From Octopus bimaculoides (lineage: Eukaryota): a DNA stretch of 64,000 nt. Positions within the stretch are counted from its first letter, which is position 1. Every line of letters begins with the position of its first letter. The position numbers and the translations under genes were made by a program. A model generated the notes under the pieces. It saw nothing but the letters and a program-made list of their open reading frames with translations, ran no database searches and was not told the origin of the DNA. The DNA lies in contig NC_068981.1 in the NCBI RefSeq assembly GCF_001194135.2, positions 3,172,331 through 3,236,330 of the forward strand. The letters are read 5' to 3'. Positions 60,562 through 64,000 of the stretch are shown one piece after another.

Positions 60562-62610
60562 GGGGGGGGGCTGCACTAGCTGGTGTTCAATTTTGGTTTG
60601 GCAGACTGGAGCCACATGAAATGAACTCACTTGCTCAAGATACAATGTGCCACCCAGTCCAGGAATCACATTCCCATATATAAATTGTTTGTTTACACTA
60701 CATTGATAATGTCTGGATGAAAGATTGCATATGTTCTCTCTATAAATACAAAGAAGTTACAAGATGTATTTGCTGTGTATTAATGTCATTAAACTACAAG
60801 ATGATATTTATGCTATTTTATTGTTCATTTGTTTCTATCTTACATTTCAATGTTATTAAATGAGTCAGCTTCTTTCCACCATCACATTGATCTCCAAAGA
60901 GCTGGAAGCTGTTACTACATTCTTTAGTCATCCTCTTGAGGTAATGTTAAGTGACAAGCCAAGTCTTTTAGTGGTGACATCTTTGGTGGTCCAAACTATG
61001 TTGAGTCTAATAGGATGTTCTTTAGGTGTTATTTGACAACAATGTTTTGTAGCCGCCACTGTTTCTTTTCATACTTGAGCACTTTGCTCATTAGTGTCCT
61101 GTAGTGATCACTACTTATTTCGATAATGGCTCTCATTGTTCTTTAGTATCTTGTAGTGATCAGTTTGTTTCAATACTTGACCTGTTTGGTTTTTATGGAA
61201 TCCTGTAGTGACCATTGTTTGTTTTGGACATCATTGATCTCTTTTATATCAATCAACAACTGATGCCAAATATATTATTTCATAAATATAAATGAGGTAA
61301 AGAATCAATGAAATATTCATTTTTATTTCTTAAAGGAAATATCACAGGTGAATGTGTTTTTTTGTTTGTTTGTTTTATGAATAACATAAAGTGATATTGC
61401 TAGTTGTTATCTTGATAATGATGTAATTTATCTTATATAATGATCCAATTAGCATGACAACATTATTCACTGTTATTGATTTCTGCAGAAATTCAAAATA
61501 CGTCATCACTATTGATTTTAGAAATTTTATCTGCATCTATACATTGTTTTTGCGTGTATGCCATGCCAAACTATCTACTTTATATTAAAATATTCAGTAT
61601 TTCATGTTGGACATCATCACTAACACCATTAATATTCTATAATATATTAACTACAATATGTTTGGGTGAAAGATCAAAATGTGTAGATTGCAGGACAGTG
61701 ATATATCTGTTTTGAATGCTTACGTTATATTTGTTATATGTATCTACATATTTGTACATATTCATTTTTATGCCTGTTTTTTTTCTTATCCCCATCAAGC
61801 TTTCCTTGACTTTCATCTTCCTAACACCCATCCCTCTGTCACTCTTCTAACAGTGATACTATTCAGCTGTTGTAATCAAATGACAGCAGAAGATGTACAT
61901 ATTTTTTCTCCTTTATGCTGCTAGTTACCCTCCCCCCTTTCCTTGGAATCACTTGTCATCTTTAACATTCTTGTATACCTGCTATCATTCTCAACACCTT
62001 CTCTTATTAACTGTTAATGCCTCATACTTTTGCCCCCCCCCCATTAACTCACTAGAAGCCACCATTATGTACCTCTGACCTTCATCTTTGTCCTCATATA
62101 TCTCTGTATCTCACCCACTCTCGCTCCTTATTTTCTTATCTATCTACAGCTGCCTGTATTGTTACTTATCACCTCCTTCCTGAGCTATTTCTCTTACCTG
62201 CTCCTCCATACTGAAATTTACCAGCAACCATACATTTCCCTTGTACATCATTTACTGTGTTAACCTCTACCCTATTTCTAGCCACCTGTCACTGTCCCCT
62301 TGCATTCCTATGAACTTATCCATCCAACCTCCCTATCCTCAATTTGTATGCTCTCTTATTCCCCCCTTCTTGTGCCTCTAGAGCATGCGCAGACACTTTG
62401 TCATCAATACCTTTATCTTCCTTCCAGCTACTCCCACCCACTCTCACGTCCTGCAATATAGCCCTGCAAGATACCTGTGCCTATCTCTCTCATATTTTAG
62501 CCTCTCAACTTCTGCATGCCATCCCCATTTCTACAACCTCACTTGGTTGAGAAACTTCTTTGTCTTGGTGACCTCACTAGTGCTGGTGCCATGAAAAATG
62601 CACCCAGTAC

Positions 62611-62646
<36 letters not shown>

Positions 62647-64000
62647 CACACACACACACACACACACATCATCATCATCATCATCATTTAACGTCTGCTT
62701 TACATGCTGGCATGGGTTGGACAGTTTAAAAACTGATAAGCTGGGGGGGGGGGGGCTGCACCAGGTTCCAATTTGATTTGGCTGGATGCTTATCCTAATG
62801 CCAACCACTCTGAGAGTGTAATGGGTTTTTTTTACGTCCGACAGCACAGCACAGGTATCATTGACCCCACACCAGCATTGGCCACGACTATGGTCTCACT
62901 TGGCTTGACAGGTCTACACAAGCATAGTATATCGCCAAAGGTCTTGGTCACCTGTCACTGAGGCCCAATACTTGAACATTACATGGGTGTCAGTCAGATG
63001 GCACTGGCATTGGCCACGATTATGATTTCACTTGGTTCAACAGGTCTTCACAAGCACAGCATATTACCCAATGATTGAAAGATGCTTTTAACAGGCCAGT
63101 TACACGACACTGGCATTGGCTATAACTACGGTCTCACTTGGCTTGATGTCACTGCCTCCATGAGGCCCAATGCTTAGATGGTGCTTTTTATGTGCCACCA
63201 GCACATGTGCCAGTCAGATGACACTGGTATCGACCACGACTATGATATTACTCGGTTTGACAGGTCATCACATAATATATATGGCTGTGTGTATAGGTAC
63301 AGGTGTGGCTGTGTGGTAAGTAGCTTGCTTACCAACCACATGGTTCCGGGTTCAGTGCCACTGTGTGGCACCTTGGGCAAATGTCTTCTTCTATNNNNNN
63401 NNNNCTGTGTGGCACCTTGGGCAAATGTCTTCTTCTATAGCCTTGGGCCAACCAAAGCCTTGTGAGTGGATTTGGTAGATGGAAACTGAAAGAAGCGTGT
63501 CATATATATCACGTCGACCACTAACGTGGACAATTAATGCGCTAGAAATAGATCACATTTTGTGTCTATTAAGACCTAAAAAGTTCTCATGAAATATAGC
63601 AGCATACCAAAAACTTGAGCGGGCAAGATATTTAACATCACCTAAAAAAATCATTATTAAACAAGAACCAGGTTTCGGATTTAACAAATTCTTACCATTT
63701 GTCTATTCCTCATCAGCCTGATTTGTAATGTAGCAGTAATTTTCAGAATCGTATACATAGTTGCCCACCGCCATGTGTGCGCATGCATATGGTTCTGCTA
63801 ATTACAGCTTAATGGTAAAGTTCAAAAGTCTTCGTTTTGGCGCGCTAATTCCAGGAATATATCCGCAGAAACTATTTACTGCGTCGAATATATTCAGAAT
63901 GAGAACATGAGTAATGGGTAAATATTATTATAAGATCTGGTAATTAGTCATATATTAATATATTAATTAATATCGATTAATTATCAGGGGGCCAGCACAT

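Noticed and set aside
63361-63438. 34-bp direct repeat on both sides of a 10-N gap
   Set aside because: Typical scaffold-overlap artefact inside a SINE.
56680-64000. Searched for the next gene 2 exon; acceptor candidates near 59480, 60430, 61487 and 63750
   Set aside because: All hit early stops or give peptides with no NR..M-like continuation; the exon may be in the gap or beyond the window.

Overview
AT-rich, repeat-dense animal genomic DNA with five N gaps. The SINE, LINE and MITE families look like those of Octopus; this is inferred from repeat content, not checked. No prokaryotic systems, CRISPR arrays or RNA genes are supported. Two spliced + strand genes can be rebuilt by hand from phase-consistent GT-AG exons that the ORF track mostly misses. 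Gene 1 is the 3' part (exons 11227-11439, 17096-17211, 18205-18360) of a protein with two tandem muconolactone-isomerase-like (dimeric alpha-beta barrel) domains. Gene 2 (exons 30479-30509, 37298-37346, 48900-51797, 55067-55151, 56598-56678; 3' end not found) is a long, low-complexity protein. It carries a 27-bp/9-aa coding minisatellite and C-terminal motifs resembling the meiotic recombinase-loading factor BRME1/C19orf57. Between the genes lie a hAT element with an 8-bp TSD and a nested inverted duplication, Tx1 and CR1 LINE tails, and a diverged ~1.5-kb tandem duplication with conserved splice-like signals. The rest is tRNA-derived SINEs, RTE 3' tails, a 5'-intact but 3'-truncated RTE LINE, mariner, hAT and TTAA-flanked MITEs, and microsatellites. 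Family identities were recognised from memory of motifs and need database confirmation.
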